A stretch of 64,000 nt of DNA from Selaginella moellendorffii (lineage: Eukaryota > Plantae > Lycopodiophyta), in contig NW_003314289.1 in assembly GCF_000143415.4 (NCBI RefSeq), positions 1,904,526 to 1,968,525 on the forward strand. The letters run 5' to 3'. The notes under the pieces are model-generated. The model saw nothing but the letters and a program-made list of their open reading frames with translations, did not search any database and was not told the DNA's origin. Made by a program: the position numbers and the translations under genes. This document shows positions 37,640 to 48,234 of this stretch, piece by piece (within the stretch, counting starts at the first letter, position 1; each line of letters begins with the position of its first letter).

Positions 37640-39560
37640 ACACCCGAGAACTTCAGCGTGGACAATGGCTTTGTTAGCGCATCTGTGGGCATGTCTTGTG
37701 TGGGGCAGTAATTGAGCTCGATTACCCCATCTTCGAACAAAAAATGATGTGTTGTGTCCATGTGTTTCATCTGGGAATTAATCTTGCAATGTTTGCTCAA
37801 GGCTCTGCAGCCCTGATTATTACAATAGATTGGTGCTGGGCCTGGAAAGGAGTAGCCCATGTCATTGAGGAGGCAGCGAAGCCAGATGGCTTCCTTGCAT
37901 GCAGAATTGGCTGCAATGTACTCCGCTTCACAGTGTGCAAATTGTTGTCAGCTTGACAACAGGAGCAAACATTTCAGTGTAGTCAAGGCCAGCCACTTGA
38001 GAGTAGCCTTTTGCGACTAGCCGGGCTTTGTAGCACAAGACAGTGTTCTCTGGGTTAAGTTTGATGCTTAGAATCCACATCGATTTAACCAGCTTGTGTC
38101 TAGGAGGTGCTTGTCTCATTAAAGTGAAGGTTTTGTTTTTGACAAAGGAATGGTATTCCTCATCAAAAGCGGCTTGCCATGTTTCCCTGTCAAGAGACTT
38201 GAGAGCGTCGGTATAGCTGTGTGGAACTTCTGGAATTTCAACTCTCTCGACAAGACTTGCCTTGAGTATCTTGCACAGCTGTGAGCAAAGTCTCAATTAG
38301 CCATTGCGGTGGCTTGCCCTTGGTCAAGCAAGAAGACCAGCAAAGAGGAGGCTCAAGAGGAGCGGCTGCAGTCTGCACCAAAGCAGGTCGTTCAAGGGGA
38401 AATTTTAAATTAGGGCACCTTGGTCTTGAGAAAGTGACTTGAAATTTGGCCTCCCACTGGATCGGGCACGACTGGAGGGCCGAGCGGAGTAGGAGGGACG
38501 GCTCGCAGTGCCAGAACAGGCTGCGGCTTCGTCACAGGGCAGCACCGCCAAAGGAGGAGTAGGATTTTCTCCCACTGGATTATGTTGAAGTGCACATTGC
38601 ATGAGATGATCAACTTCTTGGTGACAGGATTGTAGACTTGTGTTCACAGCTGTAGCCTAGGAAAATGCCTTGTTCACTTGTTGGAGTGAGCTTTTTCCTA
38701 GTTTTAGAGGGAATATGAACTTAAACTTCACATCCAAATACACTCCTGGTTCTCGTCCTATCCAGGCTTCTTCAAGAGTCTTTTTTGGAACAGCTTTCAT
38801 GGGAAGGCGGTTCTGGACATAGCATGCTGTCATCACGACTTCAGCCCAGAATTTAATCGGGACTTGATTCGCTTGTAGCATGCTGTTGGCAGCATTGAGC
38901 AAATTATGATTTTTCCGCTCTGCAACACCATTCTGCTGTGAGGAGTAGGGTGTTGTTTGTTCTCTCTGGATTCCATGTTTTTGTAGGAACTGGGAAAACT
39001 TGTGAGAGGTGTATGTACCACCTCCATCCAATCGAAAACGTTTCAGCGTTTTGCCTGTTTGAGTTTCTGCAAGACATTTAAAAATCTTGAGTTTTTCTAG
39101 AGCTTGTGATTTGGATTCCGGACAGACAACAAAAGTTTTCCTGCTGAAATTATCAATAAAACTCATGAAGAATTGAGAACCGCCATAAGAAACATGGGGA
39201 GAAGGGCCCCAAATGTCACTATGGACAAGTTTGACGACTTCAGAGCCTCAACTAGCTCCTCGCTTTGGAAATGGAAGCTTGTGTTGTTTCCCGAGTTAGC
39301 AACCATCACAAAAAGAGAGTTTTGCAGTGGTGTCAAACTGGGAATCGAGGCCTTCCACAAGTCTATCCTTTGTGAGTTGGGCAATGCATTGTGTGCTCAC
39401 ATGGCAAAAACACCAATGCCACAACTCGAGCTGGTTCAAGGTAAAGACCATGAACGTGAGGAACTGGTGAGGGCACTCAACCACTTCGGCAGCTCGTGTT
39501 GGCTCCATATAAATCTTCCCTCGCTCCAGAACTCTGTCAAGAACCATAAGGGGCTACCAA
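37640..39560 (-). mobile_element. Decayed Ty1/copia pol (GAG-pre-integrase, INT, partial RT, RNase H)
   Basis: LELWHW..CHVS; FIDNFSRKTFV...QQNGVAERKN; YKARLVAKGYSQVAGLDYTEMFAPV; IYCNNQG...YCPTQDMPTDALTKPL; the central RT is deleted. Confidence 0.9.
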
Positions 39561-40337
39561 GGCTTCCATGTTATGTACATCTTCTTTCTCAAGATTGGGT
39601 TTACATACATATGGCACAGCAGGTGATTGATAGGATTCTTGCCAGTCTAACTCACATGAAATCTCTAGATATAAGGAGCAGTTCAAGCCATGCATACTCC
39701 TCCAGCTACTTGTACTCAATGGGAGGCGGTGTCCAAGTCCAAACCAGTTCCCTGGAGGTGGCTTAGGATTTTCAAGCAAGCGTACATTGTAGAGGGGCCT
39801 CAAGGGGACGGATGGGCTGCTTCGAAAGTGACAATAAGTTTACTCACCCCAGGACTTTGTGACCAAGCTGTGTTTGGTTTCTCATTCCTCAACAGAAAGC
39901 GCTCTTTTCCTTCATGGGCAGTGTTGCATTCATACCACAACAGAAGGAAGTTTACAATGCACTGCTTCCTGTGCTGATGTCAGATCCGGATGGATAGATG
40001 AGCTTCTGGTTCACATTTGAAATAGGGCAGTGCACACCAAAGAGCTTGCCACTTGCTGCATTGTACCAGTATTTTTGTGTCCATTGCAGCAGCTCCAATT
40101 AGGTTCCAGAAGCCAGCTCGCACCTTGGGAAACTTCATGCTGTGGAACTGCTCTCTAGAACACGATGGAAGGTGTGATCCAATTAACACCTGATTTAATC
40201 TAAGCTACGGTTGATACTATTTGGCGATGGGTTCTACTCCTTCCAGTCGTGATGAGGCCTATGTGGCTATCAAGGGGGTTTTGTCTCTGGCAGTTGTGGT
40301 GATGGTGGCGATGAGGGGTGGCAGTTGGGTTTCTGCA

Positions 40338-40468
40338 ATTGCTTGATAGACATCCCCTGGGGTGTTTATGCCCCTGTGTGGCCCTGGGAAGGAACATGGA
40401 GATTGCTTGATAGACATCCCCTGGGGTGTTTATGCCCCTGTGTGGCCCTGGGAAGGAACATGGAGATT
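40338..40468. repeat. Perfect 64-bp tandem duplication
   Basis: attgcttgatagacatcccctggggtgtttatgcccctgtgtggccctgggaaggaacatggag occurs twice, starting at 40338 and 40402. Confidence 0.95.
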
Positions 40469-40549
40469 CTTGATGGGGGCTAGACATTATGTGTGGCTGC
40501 TTATCTACTTTTGTTCCTGTGCAAGTTATGATCCGTGTTCCACCTCCTA

Positions 40550-41275
40550 GAGTCTTATCTCTCGGTTTCGGTCTCGATTCCATCTTGAACTCGATCTTAG
40601 ACTCTATCTTGGGTTCATCTCGGTGTAAGCTCCTGAGTTTGGACTTCTCAGGAGGTCACCCATCCCAGTACTATTTAAACCCAAGGACACTTAACCCCAA
40701 ATATCTTAAGACCCTTAACCAATTGGAAAAAAAGGTGCACTCTTGTTCATGAGCCCTTTCCCTCTATATTTGAACCCCATGGATTGTTTCTCAAGTCGTT
40801 CTCTTTGGTTGCTAACACTCGGACTCCATCTCGAACTCTATCTCGGGTCTATTTTAAACTTTATCTCGGATTCTATCTCAGATTCCATCTCGGATCCATC
40901 TTGGGTCCATCTCAGACTCCATCTCAAGTCTATTTCAGACTCTATCTCAAACTCCATCTTGGGTCCATTTCGGATCCATTTCGGACTCTATTTTGAGTGC
41001 ATTTCGAGTCCATCTTGGACTCCATTTCAGACTCCATCTTGGGTCCATTTCAAACTCCTTCCATGTGTCATGTGTTGGTCCTTTTTATGTTTCTTTTTAT
41101 TGCTTGTTTTGTGTTCGTTCTTTGAGCACTTCATTGGGAGTTCCACTCCTGCTCTCAACCTTTTGAGTTGGAGCTTTTAGTCCATATGTGTTATACTTGT
41201 TTGGCTTTCGTTTTGGCCACTACCACGTGGCACCCTTTCGACTCCACTTTGGGGCTTAGAGATTTGTGTCTCACA
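40550..41275. repeat. LTR-like repeat family D, copy 2 (interrupted by a 5S-bearing solo LTR)
   Basis: Same 12-bp array and unique tail as 33180-33602; ends gtctcaca. Confidence 0.7.
40624..40817 (-). mobile_element. 194-bp solo LTR containing a 5S rRNA internal-promoter domain (Cassandra-like TRIM)
   Basis: Termini TGTTAGC...GCTTACA on the minus strand; flanked by CTCGG on both sides; 40641-40695 matches 5S positions about 51-105 (46/55 by hand). Confidence 0.85.
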
Positions 41276-41512
41276 ACTGTGTGGCACTATATTGCCAAGA
41301 TCATATTTGCATTGCAATTGGTAAAGCATATTAGGATATCACATAAGTGTTTTAGATGAATTATATTGTGGAGTCCTTGAAGTTGTGATTATGACACCTC
41401 CCTCTTTTTCCTTCCACTAGTTGTTGCCTCTAAATCCACTAGAACACCTTCACTCTATTTTAGTTGTTTCTTCTTCCAATTGTTAATTTTACTTGGTTCA
41501 CGTTTGCTATTA

Positions 41513-41674
41513 TGTAGTGCATGTGATTATGGGATGAAATTTGGATATACTGTTATTGTGGATCCTTGGAACTTTGGGGGATAAATGGGGATAAAATAAC
41601 CACTAAAGGCTCTCTCATCAAGCAATTGCCACTTTTCAAGTTAGTTTAAGAAGAGAGAAATAAAATGTGCTACA
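41513..41674. mobile_element. About 160-bp TG...CA element (family E), copy 2
   Basis: TGTAGTGCA...TGTGCTACA; flanks tatta/gatta (4/5 TSD). Confidence 0.7.
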
Positions 41675-41929
41675 GATTAGCACCTTATCCCTCTCACCAC
41701 CATGAGAAATGATTTTTAGAAATATTTTAGATGCATAAATTTACAGTTATGATAATGGGCTTGAAGTGATGGTTCCAAAAAAATAGAGCAACTAAATTTA
41801 GAGGCATACTTTAAGCATATTACATTATAAAATGAGGGTCTAGTATGCACTCAATATCCTTCACAAACACTAGCTTCTTGTATCTAACTCTTGTAAGCAA
41901 AATAGTGTCAAACGGTGTCTAATCTAAAT

Positions 41930-42310
41930 ACTAATATAAGTCATGGGGTGAAAGCCCAAAATGATCATCCGACAGGGTGGGGGGTGGGGGACGAGGTTCC
42001 AAAAGTATAGTAGAGATAGTGAAGTTTAGAAATCAGTTTTAAAGAAACTTTTTAGTAATGCTTCCAAATTGATTTAAGGTTGAAACTAGGGTTCAGGTGT
42101 AGTGCATGTGGTTTTCACTCTTTATTCTATGGTGATTTATTATAGAATAACCATGAAGTGAAACTTAAACCCTTTATATGCCATGTGCCACATGCCATAT
42201 GTCTAAAGATAGAGGAGTAAAACCCGAGTTTAAGAGCTTTGGCCCACAGAATAAAGGGACAAAGCCAAACTCCTAAGCATGAAGCTAAGGAATTGAATGG
42301 GATCCTAAAT
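41930..42310. mobile_element. Fragments of element A-family LTR (41930-42030 on +; 42098-42310 on -, LTR 3' end)
   Basis: tggggtgaaagcccaaa and gtatagtag-gatagtg blocks; tgtagtgcatgtggtttt matches the reverse complement of the LTR A end. Confidence 0.7.
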
Positions 42311-42539
42311 ATGCCACTATAAAGATCCATCAAGGATAATATATAAAGCTCTCTTACAATGTTTTGGCATGGCATACTGACACTATGTGAGGATACCCAT
42401 GGTCATTGGTGCTTTGCCCTTAGGGAGTGTGGAGGACTTATTGAAGTTTCATTAGTTGCTTAGTGTATTGTGACAAGGCTAGATATTTTTAATGTGAAAA
42501 TTGTGTTGGACCAATTCAACACAAAATTGTGCATTAGCC

Positions 42540-42975
42540 ATTAAAAGGCCATGAAGCACACAGCCTCAAAGGGACAATGAATCATAGTTTATGCTATTTG
42601 ACAATTGATATAGAATTTACATGCTATACAAATGTAAGTTGAGCAATAAATAAAGGTTATTGATCCATGAACTTACAACTTTGTGAAGTGCAATCAGTTG
42701 AACAAACAAAAGGCAAAGTGTCCTTGTCAACCAAAGTTGAGTACATTGCCTTGATGACAGGCTCCAAGGAGATATGGCTTAAGCACTTGGTGAAGGACCT
42801 TGGGCATCTCCAACAAGGCCCAATTATCTCTGACAACCAAAGTAGTACAACAATAATACAGAATCTAGTCTTCTACAGTCACAACAAGTATATCCTTATG
42901 AAGTTCTATTATGTGTAAGAACAGGTTGAGGCAAGAGCAATGCACATTAATTATGGGGGAGATGTTAGCAAACAT
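42540..42975 (+). mobile_element. Ty1/copia RNase H remnant with PPT and LTR start
   Basis: VSLSTKVEYIAL...EIWLKHLVKDLG...ISDNQS...KYI; gggggaga followed by tgttag at about 42955-42968. Confidence 0.75.
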
Positions 42976-43299
42976 CCTCTAGGACCTAGTGTTAAAGTAA
43001 GCCAAATGACATATATACCCATACAATTCTTTCTTATCTAATAGAGTATCACTTGATTTACTCTCCTTCTGCAACATTTCTGTTTGGATTTACCTTGCTT
43101 TAAATATCTGGGTTGATGAAGTTTTCCAAATATGATTATTGTTATCTAACTACTTCTCTTCCACTCAAATCCAAATTTATGGACCTCCGCTAAATCCAAT
43201 TTATCTGTGTCGAGATCACAGATAAATGCATGAATACCTCAGAATCCACCAGAAACTGCCAGATTATAAGCTTCACTTTGGAGACACAATCAGTGGTTG

Positions 43300-43900
43300 T
43301 ATTAAATATTATGCTACTCAATCTGGAGGGTGATGAACAAAGTGGTTGCACCACCACAGTGATGGTAATTTTAGATTTCTCACATTCAAATAGGTTTCTA
43401 TGTTCGCTGAGTAGGGCTGTGAAAATTTTGGGAAATCATTTCCATTAACCAGAGGGAAGAAAATGGACCAGAGCAGTGTTCTGTTTTGGCCAATCTTATC
43501 TACACGCTACCTACCAGCACGGCATTAAGCTTTGGAGGCAATAGTTCGATTTCATGTTCTAATACTTTAATATAGAAGCTTGGAGATCCAAGATTGGTCT
43601 TAACGATTGTGTCTCCAACCAATTTGGTGAGACCCAAGCTTGTCCTCCATGCCTCTAGGCAAGAGTTACACAAGCTGGAATGTATGGTTTACAGCTATTG
43701 AAGATTTTCTATAGCTTATGAAGAGATTAATTCGTGCTCGCGAACTGCATTGGGGAGAATGAAACAATAGTTTTGGGGTGGTTTTTATTTCGTCGGAGAG
43801 TACCCGCACCTGGAACTCATGGCTTGAGATTGGGAGAATGAGATTATTGCCAAGGTCAGGAGCGTACATCCCTTGCTCAATTTCCTGGTTGTGGACAATT
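43300..43900 (+). pseudogene. Cyanovirin-N-like (CVNH) pseudogene copy
   Basis: Encodes AWRSKIGLNDCVSNQFGETQACPPC and a second repeat-like TWNSWLEIG; colinear with 44678-45300. Confidence 0.55.
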
Positions 43901-44677
43901 CAGCATTGGATCCATGCAATCCGTTTGAAATGTTGCAAAAGGAGAGTGTCTGGAGTGCGTTGCCCTTCAAATATCTGTTTGATCCATGAGACAGTAGAAA
44001 TTACCAAAATGCTGGCCGGTTGGCAAGGCATAATAGAAGTTCGCAAAAGTTTAAATCTGAGCCAAAAAAGTTACAAGCAGCTTTGTATGCGTTACGCAAG
44101 AAATTTATGGGCCAAAGGAAGCAATGCCCAGTATCCAGCGCCCAGATTCCTAGCGCCTCACCATGCTCAATGTTCCCGATGCCCATTCCCAAAGGGCACA
44201 TACTTGAAGCAGCATCTTACCTCAAGAATCGATTCCTAACTGGGGCGTCCTAAAAAGATGAGCGGAAAATTCTTCCACTCTCCTGTCGAAGTGTGGCTGC
44301 GTGGCTGAAGCGCAGCGTCTAAGAAGATGCGACGCTCTCCAGTTCTATAACGCCGGGATGAAGCTGATCGATTCCTTCACTTACGCGGCTGCGCCCCAGC
44401 GAACACTCTCGCCCCGCCAGCACCAGCTGGTGCCAGTCGCGCCATTGAAGGCCACTGAAAGCGCTGCTGCTCGCGACGATGGAATCGCCGAGCAAGACTC
44501 GCATGCTGTGAAAGGAATTACTTTTTTCACGCCATTTTTGTCATCGCGCCGGCATATTCTCCTATTTTAAAAATAAGGAATTTCCAATAACTTTCGACCA
44601 GCCGCTGCCAAGTGTTTCAAGTTTCCACTAACAAGGCAATCTGACTTTGGACGGTGGTGGTAATAAATTTCCATGCT

Positions 44678-45300
44678 ATGAAATTGCAGCTCATAGTCTG
44701 GAGAGTGATGAACAAAGTTATTCCATTCTTGCTACTCCACATTTTCACCACCACAGTGACGGTGATTTTCAATTTCTGACATTGATGATCATAGTTTTCC
44801 TTGTTTGCTGAGCAGGGCTGTGCAGATTTTATACAAACATGCAAGGGGTTTACCATTAATCAGCCTAAACAATATGGACCAGTCACCCTCACGGCAACGG
44901 TCTGTGAGGGCCAATCTTCCCCACACTCTACTAGCACGCCATTATTAACCTTTATGAGCAGCTCTTGGATTGAATGTAATGATGAGCTTACCTGCTTGTA
45001 TAAGGAGTACAACTTGATTAAGGAGATCAAGCTTAACAACTGCGTCTCCAACGAACTCGGTGAGCTCCAAGCTTGTTATCCATGCCTCTAATACAGAAGC
45101 TGGAATGTACTGCTCTTGAAGAATAAAGGGAAATTGAGCCTAATCCGTGTGTTGCTCCCGTGTTAATCATCACTCCTGGACTCTCCCTCGCTTGGGGAGA
45201 ATGAAACGATAGTTTCGGGGTAATGTTTTGGTGTTGTTGAGGCATGAGCAGTGTGTGGATAATGGACATACTTGCACCTGCATCAGTGTGTGGGCAATGC
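44678..45300 (+). pseudogene. Cyanovirin-N-like (CVNH) small secreted protein, best-preserved copy
   Basis: Signal-peptide-like exon 44678-44761, GT-AG intron 44762-44815, then GCADFIQTCKGFTI...VTLTAT and EIKLNNCVSNELGELQAC; stop at 45089-45091. Confidence 0.55.
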
Positions 45301-45990
45301 ATGGTTTTTATTTCTCAAGTCGTCTCATTCTTTCAATGGCCGTGAACCAAGGTTCAGTTGCAAAAAAGTCCACGCATAGTTATCTTGTTGATATGATTTT
45401 TATAAATATTGCGAGGAATACCAAGCTAGAAAAGAAGAAACCTTCTTGCGCTCAAAGAAGGAATTTGGAGAGATTTCCGTGCTCTCTATCACTAACGCAT
45501 TCTTTCCTCTTCGTTGTCGTTATCATCCTCGTTCCCCAGAATGCTAATTCCCGCACCTCTGCTCCATCCAGCACAAACAAATAAATAAACAAATGAAAGG
45601 CTTGAAATTCTCACCTTATCAGTCCTTAAAACCCTGCTTAATTCCATGGCCAGGACCAAAGGCAACGTTGGGTAATTGCTACTGGACTCCGCCTCACCCC
45701 CATCGATCGTTCTGGCCCTCTGCGAAGCTTGTTTGCACCAGCAACTGCGAAAAGTTCTGCATCAGCAGAAGGAAAAAGAAATCACGCGAGCGAGAGGAAC
45801 TTACGCAAGGATAGTAAGAGTTGATGCTTGGAAAGCCACACTACTCTGCCATCCAAATCAAACAGAATCTATCCGGCGAACCCACAGTAGTGTATTGAAC
45901 TGTAAAAATGAAGAGTTACACATGATTTAGCATGGAATCGAAAGTGGCCGGCATACCTGGTTATCATAAAAAAAATCCTCAGCATCGACT

Positions 45991-47775
45991 TTAACTTGCT
46001 GCTTTCACATATGCGACTAGCGCTCCTGTGGGAGAAAACGAAGTAGCTCTCTTAGCGACAAGAAATAAAAAGAGAGCTTACCCTCAGATAAAGCCAACAC
46101 AGTCTCCGGTGATAGCGCAACGAGAGATTCGGTTCCAGCACCCACAAACAGCACCTGCATCACTGCAATCTCTCAAACTTAAGACACACCCAGCGGTGAT
46201 ACAGACACCTCGCATACAACCTCGGGGAGCAATGGCGCCGTCAACAGAATGCATGTCTTCCGGAACTGCGAGAACGTAGACGGAGTTCTTTCCATCTGAT
46301 AGCCACAGTGTCCTGACCCCTGAGTAAAACGAGAGAAAAGTGAGGTATACGAACCAAAAGAGTCATTTTACCTCCTGTGTCCGTAGCACACGGAACGACC
46401 GCAAGAGAGGACACGCGAAATGGAACCTCAACAGACCTGGTGTCCACGCGCACGACAGCGCTCTTGGATGATCTCGCCCTGCCTTTCGCAAAAATGGACC
46501 TCTTAAAGCTCATCAGCTGAAGCTTTCCCGACGAATCAAGAGCCAGAAAAGCAGTCGCCGACAGAGGATGGATTGCCACCACCTGTTCCATACCGGTCAG
46601 TGCTACACTGATCGACTGCTGTGCTTCTCTGATCGCCTGCACAGCCGCCTCTTCGCAGTGTTTGAGTGACATAACACCGTTTTTCTGGTGATCTGCAAAC
46701 ACAGGATCGTCTCAGGATTAAGCTTGCACAATCTCCGTGACTTACTAGGTGATGACTTTGCTGCTCGGTGATCACAATCCTTATCACCGCACTTCCCAAC
46801 TTCCGGCACAAATTCATCATCCAAGCTCGACGAGTCATCCTGGCTCAGGTCTCGGAAACCGTTCTTCTTCACCACCACTGAGTTGAAGAGGTACTTTTCG
46901 TACAAGCCATTCAAAGGAGCGTGAACTCGAGTAGCCGCCTGCTTGTTGTCATCGCCGCACGGAGGCGGAAGAGCAGCAACAGTAGAATCGATCGCTAACT
47001 TTTGCCTCGCACTCAAACTCCGGCCCTTGACGAGTGGCCGGAGAGGGAAGACGCGAACCCTTCCAATCTCGCCGATAAGCAAGTGCTGCATGGAGAGATG
47101 GATCGAGTAGACCGGAGCAGCACTGCAGTCGAGTAGCGCACAGCTGAGGAGGAGAAGCGAGCCACTAGAGTCGCCAGCTTTGGGATCCTGGAGCTTGGCA
47201 GCAAACAGCCAGACCTTGCCAGCCACGGGGGAGTGGAGGGCGATGAAGTTGACAGACGCGACCATCTTCACTCCCATATGGGGGATATCGAGCCGGGCAG
47301 CCATTCGCGGCGACGAAGAACCCCCAAAACCCCCTGCCTCCAGCGGCACCTGTCTCGTCGTGTCAATCGTGTCGCAGCACCACGCCCGGAGATCCGTGCA
47401 CGATCCAGTCGTGCCAGGCGATGGCGACGCCACTAGGAAGAAGCTGTGATGGCGGCAAGGCGCGGGCGAGGAGAATTGGCCGAATTGAAGCGCGACGCCA
47501 TCGATTGTGGGAGATCCGGCATGGCTGCCGCGTACCTGAGCTCGGAGGAAGCAAGCGTCGGAGCAGCCGGGCGCCTTGAGCCGCTTGTAGGATGGCCTGG
47601 AGGAGATCGGGGAGGAGGGATTTGAGCTCCCGGGATCGGCGAGGAGCGGCAGGAGGAGGCAAGAGGAGAGATTATCGGATAGAATGGCGGCAGCTACAGC
47701 CTTGTCGAAGGGCTCCAGCAGCAGCCTGGCCACGGAATTGGAGGGATCCACTACTCCAAGCCTGCACGCCCGCAT
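45991..47775 (-). CDS. Conserved plant protein of unknown function, multi-exon
   Basis: 390-aa first-exon frame (ASVNFIALHS, GRVRVFPLRPLVKG), further exons (AIHPLSATAFLALDSSG) and terminal GALVAYVKAAS*. Confidence 0.7.
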
Positions 47776-48234
47776 CCCATTCCTTGTTGCAATCTAACTC
47801 ACCCGGAAGAAGTGCGAGATGATGGAGGAGAGCAGCGAGACGAAGACGACGCCATTCATCATCGATCCAACGACAAACCCTAACCCTGTCCAATCGAAAT
47901 TATTCCCCTCCCGAAGGGCGGGCATATTCCGTCGCCGTCTAGACGGAGGGATATTGCGAGGTCCGCTCTTTGCTTTGGCCCCTTGCGCCTAGAAATGGGG
48001 AGCTCCTCCGCCGAGGCCAGGGTTTCTGTGGATCGCGATTGCGAGTGCATCCATTTTCATTTCCGTTTTCCTTGCCATGCTGCTGCGCCGGGGAGAATGA
48101 AGCATCTCGTGAGCTTTAGTTCTCTCAATCGCTTGCTTCTTCTCAATCATGTCTTTGATCTCTATCACTGCCTGAAAGAGAGAAGCTCTTCGTTAGCGTA
48201 GCGAGTTTTGTTCCTGCTCGCCGATCACGCAGCA

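Noticed and set aside
33180-41060. 12-bp ctcggactccat arrays and the 64-bp duplication as CRISPR-like arrays
   Set aside because: Head-to-tail degenerate repeats without unique spacers, in eukaryotic LTR-like context, with no cas genes.
36337-43577. Inverted arms as Mutator/Pack-MULE TIRs
   Set aside because: No 8-11-bp TSD, and the right arm runs on into homologous gene-family sequence.
45430-45930. Possible small spliced gene on the minus strand
   Set aside because: Splice-like signals are present but no coherent reading frame could be assembled.
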